Notes: a model not told the origin generated them from the letters alone. Shown: positions 55,043 to 64,000, numbered from the stretch's first letter. The stretch: 64,000 bases of DNA from Chthonomonas calidirosea (GCA_945859975.1 CAMAPH010000004.1:83212-147211); one strand, 5' to 3'. Numbers and translations: made by a program.

Positions 55043-55621
55043 ATGTTCAAATTCCCCGATCAAACCGTCGGGATCGTCGCGATTCAGGGTGACTACGAGA
55101 AGCACCGACATGCCGTGGAAGCTTGCGGAGCAAGCGCGCGCTACGTCAAAGTTCCAGAGGACCTCGAAGGCTGCGGCCGGGTCATCATTCCCGGCGGAGA
55201 AAGCACTACCGTCGGACAACTGATGCAGCGTTTCGGTCTGGCCGATGCCCTCATCGAAAAGGTTGCCGCTGGCTTGCCCGTCTGGGGCACATGCATGGGG
55301 ATGATCATGATGGCCAAGGACATTGAGTCACGCCCCGATCAGTTCAGCCTCGGGATTCTTGACGTTTCCGTGCGGCGGAACGCGTTCGGCCCGCAAGTCC
55401 ACAGCTTTGAGGCACCGGTCAAGGTCAACGGGCTCCCAAAGCCGATCATGGCGGTCTTTATCCGTGCGCCAATTGTGACCCGAGTCGGCCCGGGCGTAAA
55501 CGTGATTGCAGAAGTCGAGGGCCAGGTGATTGCCGTGCGTCAAGGAAACTTGCTCGGGACGTCTTTCCATCCCGAGCTGACCGACGACCGGCACATGCAC
55601 CAGTGGTTCTTATCGATCTAA
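55043..55621 (+). CDS. pdxT: PLP synthase glutaminase subunit
   Basis: AIQG, PGGESTT, GTCMG, RNAFG, FIRAP, FHPE. Confidence 0.95.
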   Translation: MFKFPDQTVGIVAIQGDYEKHRHAVEACGASARYVKVPEDLEGCGRVIIPGGESTTVGQLMQRFGLADALIEKVAAGLPVWGTCMGMIMMAKDIESRPDQFSLGILDVSVRRNAFGPQVHSFEAPVKVNGLPKPIMAVFIRAPIVTRVGPGVNVIAEVEGQVIAVRQGNLLGTSFHPELTDDRHMHQWFLSI

Positions 55622-56650
55622 ACCGTTTCGATCTGAACCGATTCGATCTGAGTCAATGTCTTTGCCGTTGATCCGAATCGCCTTTGGCGAGATCAGGGCG
55701 AAGGCATCGGCCGGCACGAACCACTCCTTTCCACGAAGCTGAACCGCGTCCTTAAGGGTTCGGCGCTTGCCGTTGAGGCGAATGTCGCGCGAGCCGGCGG
55801 TGAGTCGAAGAACGCCGTTCTCGCCGTGGATATAAACCACGTCATCGCTGATTCGATCGACTTCGAAATCAAGCTGTTCTGCGGTGCGCCGTAGCGGCAG
55901 GAAGTATCGGTCGCCCTCTCGGTACGGAGATTCGGATTGTGAGTATCGGAATCTTCGGTCGTCGCATTCCACCGAGATTTCTCGCTCATTGATGCGATCG
56001 CGTCGGTAGTAGTCCTCGTCCTGGATGATGATCTGGTTTCGGTCCCAGTCCTGAACGGTGAACGATTCGGAGAACCAAGCTCCGATCTTCGTGCCCCGTG
56101 CCAGCGTAAGATCTCCGGAACTCTTCTTGCCGGTTTCTGCAACTAAAATGCCCGCAAGCGTTCCGAATAAGAGGCCCTCGCCTGGCTTTTTGATCAACGC
56201 ACCAAGGACCAGCCCGCCGACGGCGCCCCCCAGAATGCTGTTCTCCTTTCTGCGGTTATCGTTACTCTTCGCGATGAACCGACCATCACGGTCTTGCGAG
56301 AGGTTCCGCTTGTCCCACGCCACCGGAGTCGCCGAGATTCTCTGATCTCTTCCGTCCGGAAACACCATTCGATCAAACCGAAACTCGATATACGCTGGAC
56401 GATCGCCATTGGCTTGGCGAGCAGCGAGGATTTCACCTTCTAGCCGTGTTCCGCTGGGCAGATATCGGTCATCTTCCAGCCGAGCAGTCACGCGGTCACC
56501 TGCCTCTGCGTCCCGAAGTCGAAGCTCTTGCTCCAGAATCACCGGCAGAACGGTGTTCTCCCGAATGTAACCGCGCCCCTGTTGGGCAACGGCAGAAGCG
56601 GCAAGCACGGAAACAATAGCGAGGGAGCTGACAACTTTCATCTTCTTCAC
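55610..56650 (-). CDS. Exported protein: TrbI/VirB10-like beta domain with glycine-zipper hairpin, plus copper amine oxidase N-terminal (stalk)-like domain
   Basis: Signal; LPSGTRLEG...FRFDRMVFPDG; GGAVGGLVLGALI; FLPLR..AE.L...V. Confidence 0.55.
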   Translation of the reverse strand: MKKMKVVSSLAIVSVLAASAVAQQGRGYIRENTVLPVILEQELRLRDAEAGDRVTARLEDDRYLPSGTRLEGEILAARQANGDRPAYIEFRFDRMVFPDGRDQRISATPVAWDKRNLSQDRDGRFIAKSNDNRRKENSILGGAVGGLVLGALIKKPGEGLLFGTLAGILVAETGKKSSGDLTLARGTKIGAWFSESFTVQDWDRNQIIIQDEDYYRRDRINEREISVECDDRRFRYSQSESPYREGDRYFLPLRRTAEQLDFEVDRISDDVVYIHGENGVLRLTAGSRDIRLNGKRRTLKDAVQLRGKEWFVPADAFALISPKAIRINGKDIDSDRIGSDRNGLDR

Positions 56651-56716
56651 ACGGTTCTTTTGTACAGGATCGAACGCGCGGACGAATGCCGAGTTACCAT
56701 TTTGGGGCCTTTCGAA

Positions 56717-57718
56717 CTACCGCTCGCGGCGATGGCTCAGGCGCAAATCCTCGCCAAGCCGTTTCATGTCTTCGAAGCGCCAACCTGTCGTTTCGCTTAG
56801 GTCCGTTCGAATCAGTTCTTCCACCCAGCCTTTTCCGGAGCCAAGAATCTTCGGCGCCATGTAGAGCACAAGCCGATCCACCAAGTCTTCCGCAAGGAAA
56901 TGCCGAACCGTCGTCGCACCGCCTTCGACCAAAACTCCCGTGAGCCCCTGTTGGAACCATGTCGTTGCCAGTTTGGGTAGGTCGATTTCGCCGGTGACAT
57001 GAATCGTCTCGGCTTCACCGCTGAAGACCTGCTCGTTACCAGTGAGCTTGTGCGACGGATCAAGAACGATTCGAACTGGCTGATTCACGCGCCGATTGAG
57101 GCGAACGGTCAGCCTTGGATCATCCGCCACCACTGTTCCACGCCCAACCAGCACCGCCCCGCACTCGGCCCGGAGGCGATGCCCATCGCGTCTTGCCGTC
57201 TCGCCGGTGATCCACTGGGATCGACCATTCGGAAGAGCGATGCGGCCATCCAGCGAAATCGCTGCCTTTGCCGTGATCATCGGCCGCCGATGCCGATGGG
57301 CGAACAGAAACTGCTCATTTGCGGCCGCGGCGTCTTCCGCCAACAAGCCGACGACAACCTCTACTCCAGCCTCACGTAGAGTCTCCGCTCCACCAGCGGC
57401 CCGTGGATTTGGATCTGCCACCGCAACCACGACCCGTGCGACTCCAGCCGCCAACAACGCCTGTGTACATGGCCCGGTGCGTCCGGTGTGATTGCACGGT
57501 TCCAGCGTCACGTATGCGGTCGCGCCGTTTAGGTCGACCTTTGCATTTCGAATCGCCGCGACCTCTGCGTGCGGCCCTCCGGCTAGCTCGTGAAACCCTT
57601 CGCCAAGAACCACCCCATCTCGGACAATCACGCAACCGACGTGGGGATTAGGCGCGGTGATCCCGCGCTTCGAGATCGCGATGGCTCGCCGCATCCATCG
57701 AACATCATCCGATTGCAT
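56717..57718 (-). CDS. ribD: Riboflavin biosynthesis deaminase/reductase
   Basis: PNPHVG, HAE, LEPC...PC, SLDG, VEGG. Confidence 0.95.
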   Translation of the reverse strand: MQSDDVRWMRRAIAISKRGITAPNPHVGCVIVRDGVVLGEGFHELAGGPHAEVAAIRNAKVDLNGATAYVTLEPCNHTGRTGPCTQALLAAGVARVVVAVADPNPRAAGGAETLREAGVEVVVGLLAEDAAAANEQFLFAHRHRRPMITAKAAISLDGRIALPNGRSQWITGETARRDGHRLRAECGAVLVGRGTVVADDPRLTVRLNRRVNQPVRIVLDPSHKLTGNEQVFSGEAETIHVTGEIDLPKLATTWFQQGLTGVLVEGGATTVRHFLAEDLVDRLVLYMAPKILGSGKGWVEELIRTDLSETTGWRFEDMKRLGEDLRLSHRRER

Positions 57719-58001
57719 CGTTCTTTTCTCGCTGGCGATTCGCCTCTAGCACCAGTTCTTCCAAATTCTTCTTTGCGGTGACTCGATATTCCTCGCGGGC
57801 TTTTCGCAGGATCAGGGCCGAACCCACGCCCGCCCCGATTAGGGCGAGGCAGACGGTACTGAGGTGGATAATCGACCGATTGACGTAGCCCTGCTTGACG
57901 GCTCTTGTCGCACTCTTCTCGGGCGGGCTCCCTACCGTCCACGGGTAACTCCCGAGCGCCGCAAAGCAAAGTACCAAGCATAGCGCTGTGAACAGCTTCA
58001 A
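57705..58001 (-). CDS. Small two-TM hypothetical protein
   Basis: TTG overlaps the rpe stop (TTGA); two hydrophobic segments; overlaps the ribD start. Confidence 0.6.
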   Translation of the reverse strand: MKLFTALCLVLCFAALGSYPWTVGSPPEKSATRAVKQGYVNRSIIHLSTVCLALIGAGVGSALILRKAREEYRVTAKKNLEELVLEANRQREKNDAIG

Positions 58002-58642
58002 GCCAGAAGGTCCTTGATGTTGCGCACCGCCCAACCAAGATCATCCGCTTTGGCCAAGTGGCTACCAACCACAAAGACGTTGGCGCCTGCCTCCTTTGCC
58101 GCCGCGACGGTAAATGCATCGATCCCGCCATCAACCTCGATGGACACTTCGGGACGAAGCGCGCGAATGTGCCGAACCTTGTCCAGAGTTGACGCAATGA
58201 GCTTTTGCCCTCCCCAGCCGGGGTTAACCGTCATCACCAAAGCCAGATCGATATCCGCAAGAATCGGTTCCAACACTGCGACCGGTGTCGCTGGGTTAAT
58301 CGCCACTCCGGCTTCCGCACCAGCTTCCTTGATCTGCTGAATCAAACGATGTGCATGGACCGTGGCTTCGGCGTGGAAGATCACCCGATTACATCCTGCC
58401 GAAATGAACGCGTCGAACTGCCGCTCTGGGGTGAGCGTCATCAGGTGGACCTCAAACTTTGCCGGGGTTACGCGCCGAAGATCACGAACGAGTTGGTCTC
58501 CAAAAGTGATCGGCGGCACAAACTGCCCGTCCATCACGTCGAAGTGGATCCAATCGGCTCCGTTCTCCACCATGACGGGCACGGCTTGGCCAAGCTCGAT
58601 GAGCGGAAACGAAAGAATGGATGGGGCAAGTTCACCGTTCAT
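57998..58642 (-). CDS. rpe: Ribulose-phosphate 3-epimerase
   Basis: APSIL, HFDVMDGQFVP, VHLM, MTVNPG.GGQ, VDGGI. Confidence 0.95.
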   Translation of the reverse strand: MNGELAPSILSFPLIELGQAVPVMVENGADWIHFDVMDGQFVPPITFGDQLVRDLRRVTPAKFEVHLMTLTPERQFDAFISAGCNRVIFHAEATVHAHRLIQQIKEAGAEAGVAINPATPVAVLEPILADIDLALVMTVNPGWGGQKLIASTLDKVRHIRALRPEVSIEVDGGIDAFTVAAAKEAGANVFVVGSHLAKADDLGWAVRNIKDLLA

Positions 58643-60356
58643 CGGCTTTTTTCTCAAACTCCTTCACGACTTGGTCGTCGTAATAGATTCGGAAAGTCGC
58701 AGAAGTCCCAAATCCAGTGGCTTCGAAGTCGATCATGTCGCCTTCGATGTGGCTGCCTTCGTATACGGTTCTCGCGCCCTGAATGTCGGAGAGCTCGATC
58801 TTCACCGTCGTTCGCTGATCGACTCCGGCAACCTTCACGTGCAAGGTGTAAACGTAAGATTTGGTGATTTCGGAAGGCTGAGTGACGCTTCCCGCGCTCA
58901 CAACTAGCTTCACTTTCGACGCCCGCAGGACTTTGCTTCGCACGGGTGGATCAGTACCAAGGACCCGACCAAACTCAACGTCGTTACTCGACCTTTGCTC
59001 CGTTATCGAGTCCGGCGAAAGATTTAGATTCTCCAGAATGTTTCGCGCGCTATCAATGGTTTCGTTCTTGACGTCAGGCATCTGCACGTACGTGCTTCCA
59101 GAACTGACCACCACGTTGACCGTACCGCCTTCTCGAACATCGCGCCCTGGTTCGGGGTTTACGCGGAGAATCCGGTCCACCTCGACCTTTTCGTTTGCTT
59201 CCTTCTCTTGAATCCTCAGATCAAGCTTAAGGCGGGTGAGCATGGTCCGGGCTTCCGAAATGCTGAGATTTCGGATATCGGGCACTCGAACGGTCTTCGG
59301 CCGACGCAAAGTGTCAAGGCTCCAAAACGCCACCAGCGTGATGAGAACCGCGGCAAAGAACGTAAGCAGCATCAGCATCCAGACCGGAACGTCGCGCTCT
59401 CGGCGGCGCTTCTTCACCGCCTCCTGGGCGTTCTCGTCTCGGATGGCCGACATCTTCGGGGCAACCGGTCCAGGCTCAATCCCGACCTCGGTAGCGTCCT
59501 CTGGTCGTAGCGGCCAGGTGATCGACTTGCCAAAGCGCAGCGCCTCTTGGACAAGACGAAGATCCGATAGGAGCGCCGACGCATCCTGATATCGCGCTTC
59601 CGGGTTCTTGGCCATCGCCTTTTGCACGATTCGGTCGAGGACGTCCGGCACCGAAGCGTTGTGCCCGCGAACGCTCGGTATCTCTCGCGTGCGGTGCTCG
59701 TTGATCAGGCCGAGCGGCGTGTCGGCATAGTACGGAGGCCGACCCGTCAGCAGTTCGAACATCAAAATGCCAACGGCGTAAATATCCGATGCAGGGCTAG
59801 GCATTTGACCTTCGGCAACTTCTGGTGCCAGGTACGGCGCCATCAGTGGAAGCACCGCGCGCCCCGCATCTTCGCTCCCGCCGTACGCTTCCCACAGCCC
59901 CGCCATCTGAAGGCGGATGTCGCCGTTGGCGAGCACAATCGCATGGCTAGAACTCACATCTCCGTGCGCGAGGCTATGACGATGCAGCGGCTCAAGCGCG
60001 CGGCAAAGGCTGATTCCCATCCCGACCGATACTTGCACCGAGAAAGGTGCGAGTTTCCGAATTCGGTCCGCCAAACTAGGACCGCGCGTCAGTTCCCCTA
60101 CGACAAAGACATAGGCGTCTTCCGAGATCACCCGTTGCATCGGCTCCAGATAGGGACTAGATGCCTTTCGGTAGCGGTCAAGTGCTTTGTTCAGGGCCGA
60201 GACAAACGCGGGCTCCTGATCGCACGGAGACTTCAGAATTCTAAGGCAAACGTCGCGGCCGGAAGTAACATCACGCGCTGACCAAACGCTGAAGACAGGT
60301 CCGTCGGAAAGGACCGACATCAGTTCGTATCGATTCGCGAGTACGGTGCCGATCAC
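58632..60356 (-). CDS. PknB/PrkC-like kinase-fold protein with TM and two PASTA domains; probable pseudokinase
   Basis: LANRYEL, YLAPE, SDIYAVG, TM, VPDI/MPDV PASTA starts; catalytic motifs degenerate. Confidence 0.85.
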   Translation of the reverse strand: MIGTVLANRYELMSVLSDGPVFSVWSARDVTSGRDVCLRILKSPCDQEPAFVSALNKALDRYRKASSPYLEPMQRVISEDAYVFVVGELTRGPSLADRIRKLAPFSVQVSVGMGISLCRALEPLHRHSLAHGDVSSSHAIVLANGDIRLQMAGLWEAYGGSEDAGRAVLPLMAPYLAPEVAEGQMPSPASDIYAVGILMFELLTGRPPYYADTPLGLINEHRTREIPSVRGHNASVPDVLDRIVQKAMAKNPEARYQDASALLSDLRLVQEALRFGKSITWPLRPEDATEVGIEPGPVAPKMSAIRDENAQEAVKKRRRERDVPVWMLMLLTFFAAVLITLVAFWSLDTLRRPKTVRVPDIRNLSISEARTMLTRLKLDLRIQEKEANEKVEVDRILRVNPEPGRDVREGGTVNVVVSSGSTYVQMPDVKNETIDSARNILENLNLSPDSITEQRSSNDVEFGRVLGTDPPVRSKVLRASKVKLVVSAGSVTQPSEITKSYVYTLHVKVAGVDQRTTVKIELSDIQGARTVYEGSHIEGDMIDFEATGFGTSATFRIYYDDQVVKEFEKKADER

Positions 60357-60580
60357 TCGGCGGAATCCTCCGGCTGCTCCATCCCTTCCTTATCGGGAAG
60401 AAAAGCGAGAACGAGGGCACCGAGAAAAATGATCGTTGCGAGCATTCGAACCGGGGGCACGTCGATCTTCTGCGCGTACTCTGCCGCCGTTCCTTGGATC
60501 GAAGCCGACAGGCTGGCCAGGAAGCCGCCAAAAAGGAGGGCCACCGCCATCATTGTGATTACCATTCGGGCTAGTTTCAT
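60353..60580 (-). CDS. Small two-TM hypothetical protein
   Basis: 75 aa, overlapping both aroB and the kinase gene by 4 nt. Confidence 0.65.
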   Translation of the reverse strand: MKLARMVITMMAVALLFGGFLASLSASIQGTAAEYAQKIDVPPVRMLATIIFLGALVLAFLPDKEGMEQPEDSAE

Positions 60581-61578
60581 GCCGTTAGTGCTGCTTGAAC
60601 GGATTCGTCATCCACGTCTCGCACGAGTTTACAATCGCCAAGCCTAGTCAACAAGCTAAATGCAAGTTTTCCGCCTGTCGCCTTCTTATCTGAACGCATC
60701 GCCGCGATCAAAGGTTCAAAGTCCCGCAGCCCGTCCCATTCAACTGGTAGTCCTGCCGATGCAAGATCATTCTTCACTTGCTCGGCCGTGCCAGCTTCGG
60801 TGAGTCCCAACAACTCGCCGAGCCGCGCTTCGGCAACCATGCCGATGCTAATCGCCTCGCCATGGAGGAAAGTCTCATATCCCAGCACTTTTTCGATCGC
60901 GTGTCCGACGGTGTGACCGAAGTTGAGAGTGGCCCTCAGTCCGCTTGTTTCAAACTCGTCCTCTTCAACCACCCTCGCTTTGTGATCGAGACAGTCGAAG
61001 ATAATCTCAGTCAGGGGAGTTTGCCCGGCTCGGAGCTTATTGAGTTCTGGGGCATCACCGATGAAGCCGTACTTCCAAACTTCCGCCATCCCGTTTGTAA
61101 GTTGCCTTGCCGGGAGTTGATCCAAGAACTCGGAGCAGATGAGAACCTGATCGGCCGATTTGAACGCTCCGACGAGGTTTTTGCCCTGCGGCGTGTCGAC
61201 TCCGACTTTTCCGCCGATACTGGAATCGACCATCGCAAGAAGCGTTGTCGGAACTTGGAGGAAGGTAACGCCGCGCAAAATCGTTGCCGCCACAAACCCG
61301 GCCAGGTCGCCGACCACGCCGCCGCCCAAAGCAACGATGATCGTGTTCCGATCAATTCCGAGACTCAAAATCTGCTCGACCACCTGGCTGTAGGACTGCA
61401 AAGACTTGCTCACTTCACCCGCCGGAACTACGATTCGCCGATGCGGACTTTCCCAAAGCTCCGTGACGAGGTCGTCTGTGACGATCACGGCTTTGCTCGG
61501 AAGTCGCTCCTGAAGTTCGGCAATCGGTAGAAAATCGATGTGGGTCACGTTCGAGTGAGTTCGGACCTGCATTGTCAT
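60577..61578 (-). CDS. aroB: 3-dehydroquinate synthase
   Basis: GGGVVGD, PTTLLAMVDSSIGGK, KN, LNFGHT, HGEA. Confidence 0.96.
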   Translation of the reverse strand: MTMQVRTHSNVTHIDFLPIAELQERLPSKAVIVTDDLVTELWESPHRRIVVPAGEVSKSLQSYSQVVEQILSLGIDRNTIIVALGGGVVGDLAGFVAATILRGVTFLQVPTTLLAMVDSSIGGKVGVDTPQGKNLVGAFKSADQVLICSEFLDQLPARQLTNGMAEVWKYGFIGDAPELNKLRAGQTPLTEIIFDCLDHKARVVEEDEFETSGLRATLNFGHTVGHAIEKVLGYETFLHGEAISIGMVAEARLGELLGLTEAGTAEQVKNDLASAGLPVEWDGLRDFEPLIAAMRSDKKATGGKLAFSLLTRLGDCKLVRDVDDESVQAALTA

Positions 61579-62093
61579 TCGGTGGTTCTCTCCTCAAAGG
61601 CCTGCTGAACCGCTTCGGCGGTGAGGCCAAGATCGTTATGGTTGACTTCAACCGAGAAGTCTGCTTGGTCATAAAGCGGTTTTCGCACCGCAATCAAGTC
61701 GGATAGGCGCTTTTGCCAGTCGTCGGACTCGAGCAGGGGTCGCTTCTTCTTGCTGACTTCGAGTCTTTCACAGAGCGTTTCGAAGCTTGCATCTAGGTAA
61801 CAGGTTAAACCGAGCCGACGGAGCTCAACCCAGTTCTCGGGCCGCGTGACGATGCCACCGCCGGTCGCGATTACAAATTCTCCGGGCTCAAGCCCGGTGA
61901 GGACACTTGTCTCGTGGGCGCGAAATGTCTCTTCTCCGTAGATCTGGAACACCTGACTCACCGTGCGTCCAAATCGATTCTGGATGAGCAAGTCGGTGTC
62001 AATGAACTCTCGGTTTGTGGCCTCGGCAAGGGTGCGTCCGATGGATGACTTTCCGGCACCCATCATGCCCACTAAAATCCAAGCCTTTGACAT
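61575..62093 (-). CDS. aroK: Shikimate kinase
   Basis: GMMGAGKS, DTD, GEETFR, TGGG, RPLL. Confidence 0.95.
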   Translation of the reverse strand: MSKAWILVGMMGAGKSSIGRTLAEATNREFIDTDLLIQNRFGRTVSQVFQIYGEETFRAHETSVLTGLEPGEFVIATGGGIVTRPENWVELRRLGLTCYLDASFETLCERLEVSKKKRPLLESDDWQKRLSDLIAVRKPLYDQADFSVEVNHNDLGLTAEAVQQAFEERTTE

Positions 62094-62097
62094 GATA

Positions 62098-62130
62098 AAG
62101 GGCAGGATACGCTAAACGTATCCCGCCCTT
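62098..62130 (-). terminator. Stable hairpin between the secretin gene and aroK
   Basis: Minus strand AAGGGCGGGATACG-TTTAG-CGTATCCTGCCCTT, 14 bp with one G-U, weak U tail. Confidence 0.55.
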
Positions 62131-62144
62131 CTTAGATTCCTAGG

Positions 62145-63851
62145 TTAGCGAGGTCCGCCGACCGAATCTTCGTCCTCAATAATCGTCGGGGTGACGAAGA
62201 TGAGGGTTTCCGAGTTCGCTCGGTTGCGGCTCGTGTTTCGGAAGAACTGACCGATAACCGGCAGGTCTGCAAGAACAGGAACCTTCTGGATTGCGGTTCG
62301 ATCTTCCTTACCAACGAAGCCACCGAGAACGATGGTTTCGCCGTTTCGGACTCGGGCAACAACTGTAACACCCTGGTTGGTAGTGTTAGGGACTCGCTGG
62401 GAGCCGTCCGGAGAAACCGATTCACCCTGGAAGCCACCAATCGATGGGTTCAAGAACATCGTGATCGTGTTGTCGCCAACGTTAATTCGTGGCGCAACTG
62501 CGAGCGACGTTCCAACCGTGATCTGACTCTGGTTGAAGCCAGTTTGTGCACCGGCACCAGAGACGAACGTGGTGAACGGGCTGAAGACCGTCTGCGAGGT
62601 GAAGCTGAACACCGTTGCCGGCATGTTGTTCAGCGTTCGAACGATCGGTGCGTTCTCAAGTCGGCTGTTGCTGGTTGAGAGCGATGTTCGAAGTCGCATT
62701 GCGACGTTTCCAGTTTGGTAGTTCAGGTAAATCGGGCTGCTTGTTGGAGCAAAGCTGCCAGGTCTCTCACCGGCGAACACCGAACCACGCTGATACTGGA
62801 ATTCGTAGCCTAGCGACTTGCTCAAGTTGTCAAGGATCGAGATGAACTCAACCTTAACCTGAACCTGCTTCGGAGCAACATCAAAGAGCGGGATGATTTC
62901 ATCTCGCAGCTTGTTGATGGCTGCTTCGTCATCCGCTTCAACGATTAAGCTGTTGGTTGATGGGTCGTAGCTGATGAAGGTGATTCCGGTTGGAACCAAG
63001 CCCTGACCGCCGGTGAGCTGGATGTTGCCACCCTGACCGCCTCCACCGAAGCCGCCCTGACCGCCGCCGCCGCCACCAATACCGCCGCCGCCACCGCCAC
63101 CGATGCCGCCGCCGCCACCACCGAAGCCGCCCTGACCGCCGCCTCCTCTACCGCCGCCACCGCCGCCTGGCGAGAACTGTCTCGCGGCGTCGCCTGGGAG
63201 CTGAATATCAGAAGCCGAATCCGAGTTGCTGGAAATCGGTCGGTTGTTAGGAAGCGAAGATCCGCCACCCTGAATGTCGAAGGCAGGAATGGCTTGCTGT
63301 CCGTAGACATCAACGTTTGGACCACCAAAGATTCGTGTTACGTCATTCTGGCTGAGGCGAGTGAATCGCTTGAGGTTCTCCCAACCGCGCATCGGATCAG
63401 ACTTGATGTCGTAAACGATCGCGTCAAAAGTTTCCTGAGCGGACGCATGCCGAATTTGGATAGCGCGATAAACGCTCGATGCCTTCTTCGGGGCAACCGT
63501 AGGCTCGGCAGCCGCTTTGAATGGTTCTGGGCTAATGATATAAACCCCTAACTCATCTCGCATGAAGTAGGCGCCTGCCGCGTCGCAGATGTACTTCACC
63601 GCATCTTCTGCGGTGACATCGTTGAGCTTGAGCGTGATTCTTGAATACGCCTTGGTCGTCGGCTTAACCAAGAACTGGATTCCAGTTCGTTGGAAAATCG
63701 TTCGGGTCGCCGCCATCATGTCGGCGTCCTTCAGATTAACGTCAAGACGTACGTCTGCTGGCTGCTGCGCGAAGGCAGAAGCGGAGATTGCAATCCCCAT
63801 TGCAATCATGCAGTTCCGCACTGTTTTCAATCCTTGTCCTCGTAAGTTCAT
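62145..63851 (-). CDS. Secretin (GspD/PilQ family) with Gly-rich insertion
   Basis: Signal, N domains, YDPSTNSLIV, QVQVKVEF, NGETIVLGGF, KVPVLADLPVIGQFF, LIFVTPTII. Confidence 0.92.
   Translation of the reverse strand: MNLRGQGLKTVRNCMIAMGIAISASAFAQQPADVRLDVNLKDADMMAATRTIFQRTGIQFLVKPTTKAYSRITLKLNDVTAEDAVKYICDAAGAYFMRDELGVYIISPEPFKAAAEPTVAPKKASSVYRAIQIRHASAQETFDAIVYDIKSDPMRGWENLKRFTRLSQNDVTRIFGGPNVDVYGQQAIPAFDIQGGGSSLPNNRPISSNSDSASDIQLPGDAARQFSPGGGGGGRGGGGQGGFGGGGGGIGGGGGGGIGGGGGGQGGFGGGGQGGNIQLTGGQGLVPTGITFISYDPSTNSLIVEADDEAAINKLRDEIIPLFDVAPKQVQVKVEFISILDNLSKSLGYEFQYQRGSVFAGERPGSFAPTSSPIYLNYQTGNVAMRLRTSLSTSNSRLENAPIVRTLNNMPATVFSFTSQTVFSPFTTFVSGAGAQTGFNQSQITVGTSLAVAPRINVGDNTITMFLNPSIGGFQGESVSPDGSQRVPNTTNQGVTVVARVRNGETIVLGGFVGKEDRTAIQKVPVLADLPVIGQFFRNTSRNRANSETLIFVTPTIIEDEDSVGGPR
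63030..63168. repeat. Gly-codon low-complexity tract in the secretin gene with an internal 26-nt duplication
   Basis: CCACCGAAGCCGCCCTGACCGCCGCC at 63043-63068 and 63118-63143. Confidence 0.8.
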
Positions 63852-63889
63852 CCTGTGGTTCCTCTCAAATCTGTTGTAAGTTGACGCGC

Positions 63890-64000
<111 letters not shown>

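Overview
Gene-dense, GC-rich bacterial chromosome segment, mostly housekeeping and envelope genes. It is a diderm (secretin, TolC, KdsD) with several monoderm-like genes (PASTA kinase next to rpe, MutS2, ThyX, YumC-type FNR). This mix suggests Armatimonadota/Fimbriimonadia, which is an inference and was not checked. About 60 CDS and two tRNAs (Leu-TAA 973-1058, Trp-CCA 33130-33205) are present; I saw no integrase, transposase, prophage or CRISPR array. Most notable: (1) a tandem MNT-HEPN locus behind tRNA-Leu whose first HEPN is cut exactly at an 8-nt copy of the tRNA 3' end; (2) an operon ending in an exported HEAT-repeat protein, a catalytically degenerate CtpA paralog and an intact CtpA; (3) a cytochrome b-c fusion with no adjacent Rieske gene that keeps only the heme bL ligands; (4) a PASTA-domain pseudokinase; (5) a degenerate class III cyclase upstream of an ECF sigma/anti-sigma pair; (6) a recurring TANNNT hexamer 6-7 nt before start codons, pointing to widespread leaderless transcription. 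All protein calls come from motifs read by eye; no database search was run.
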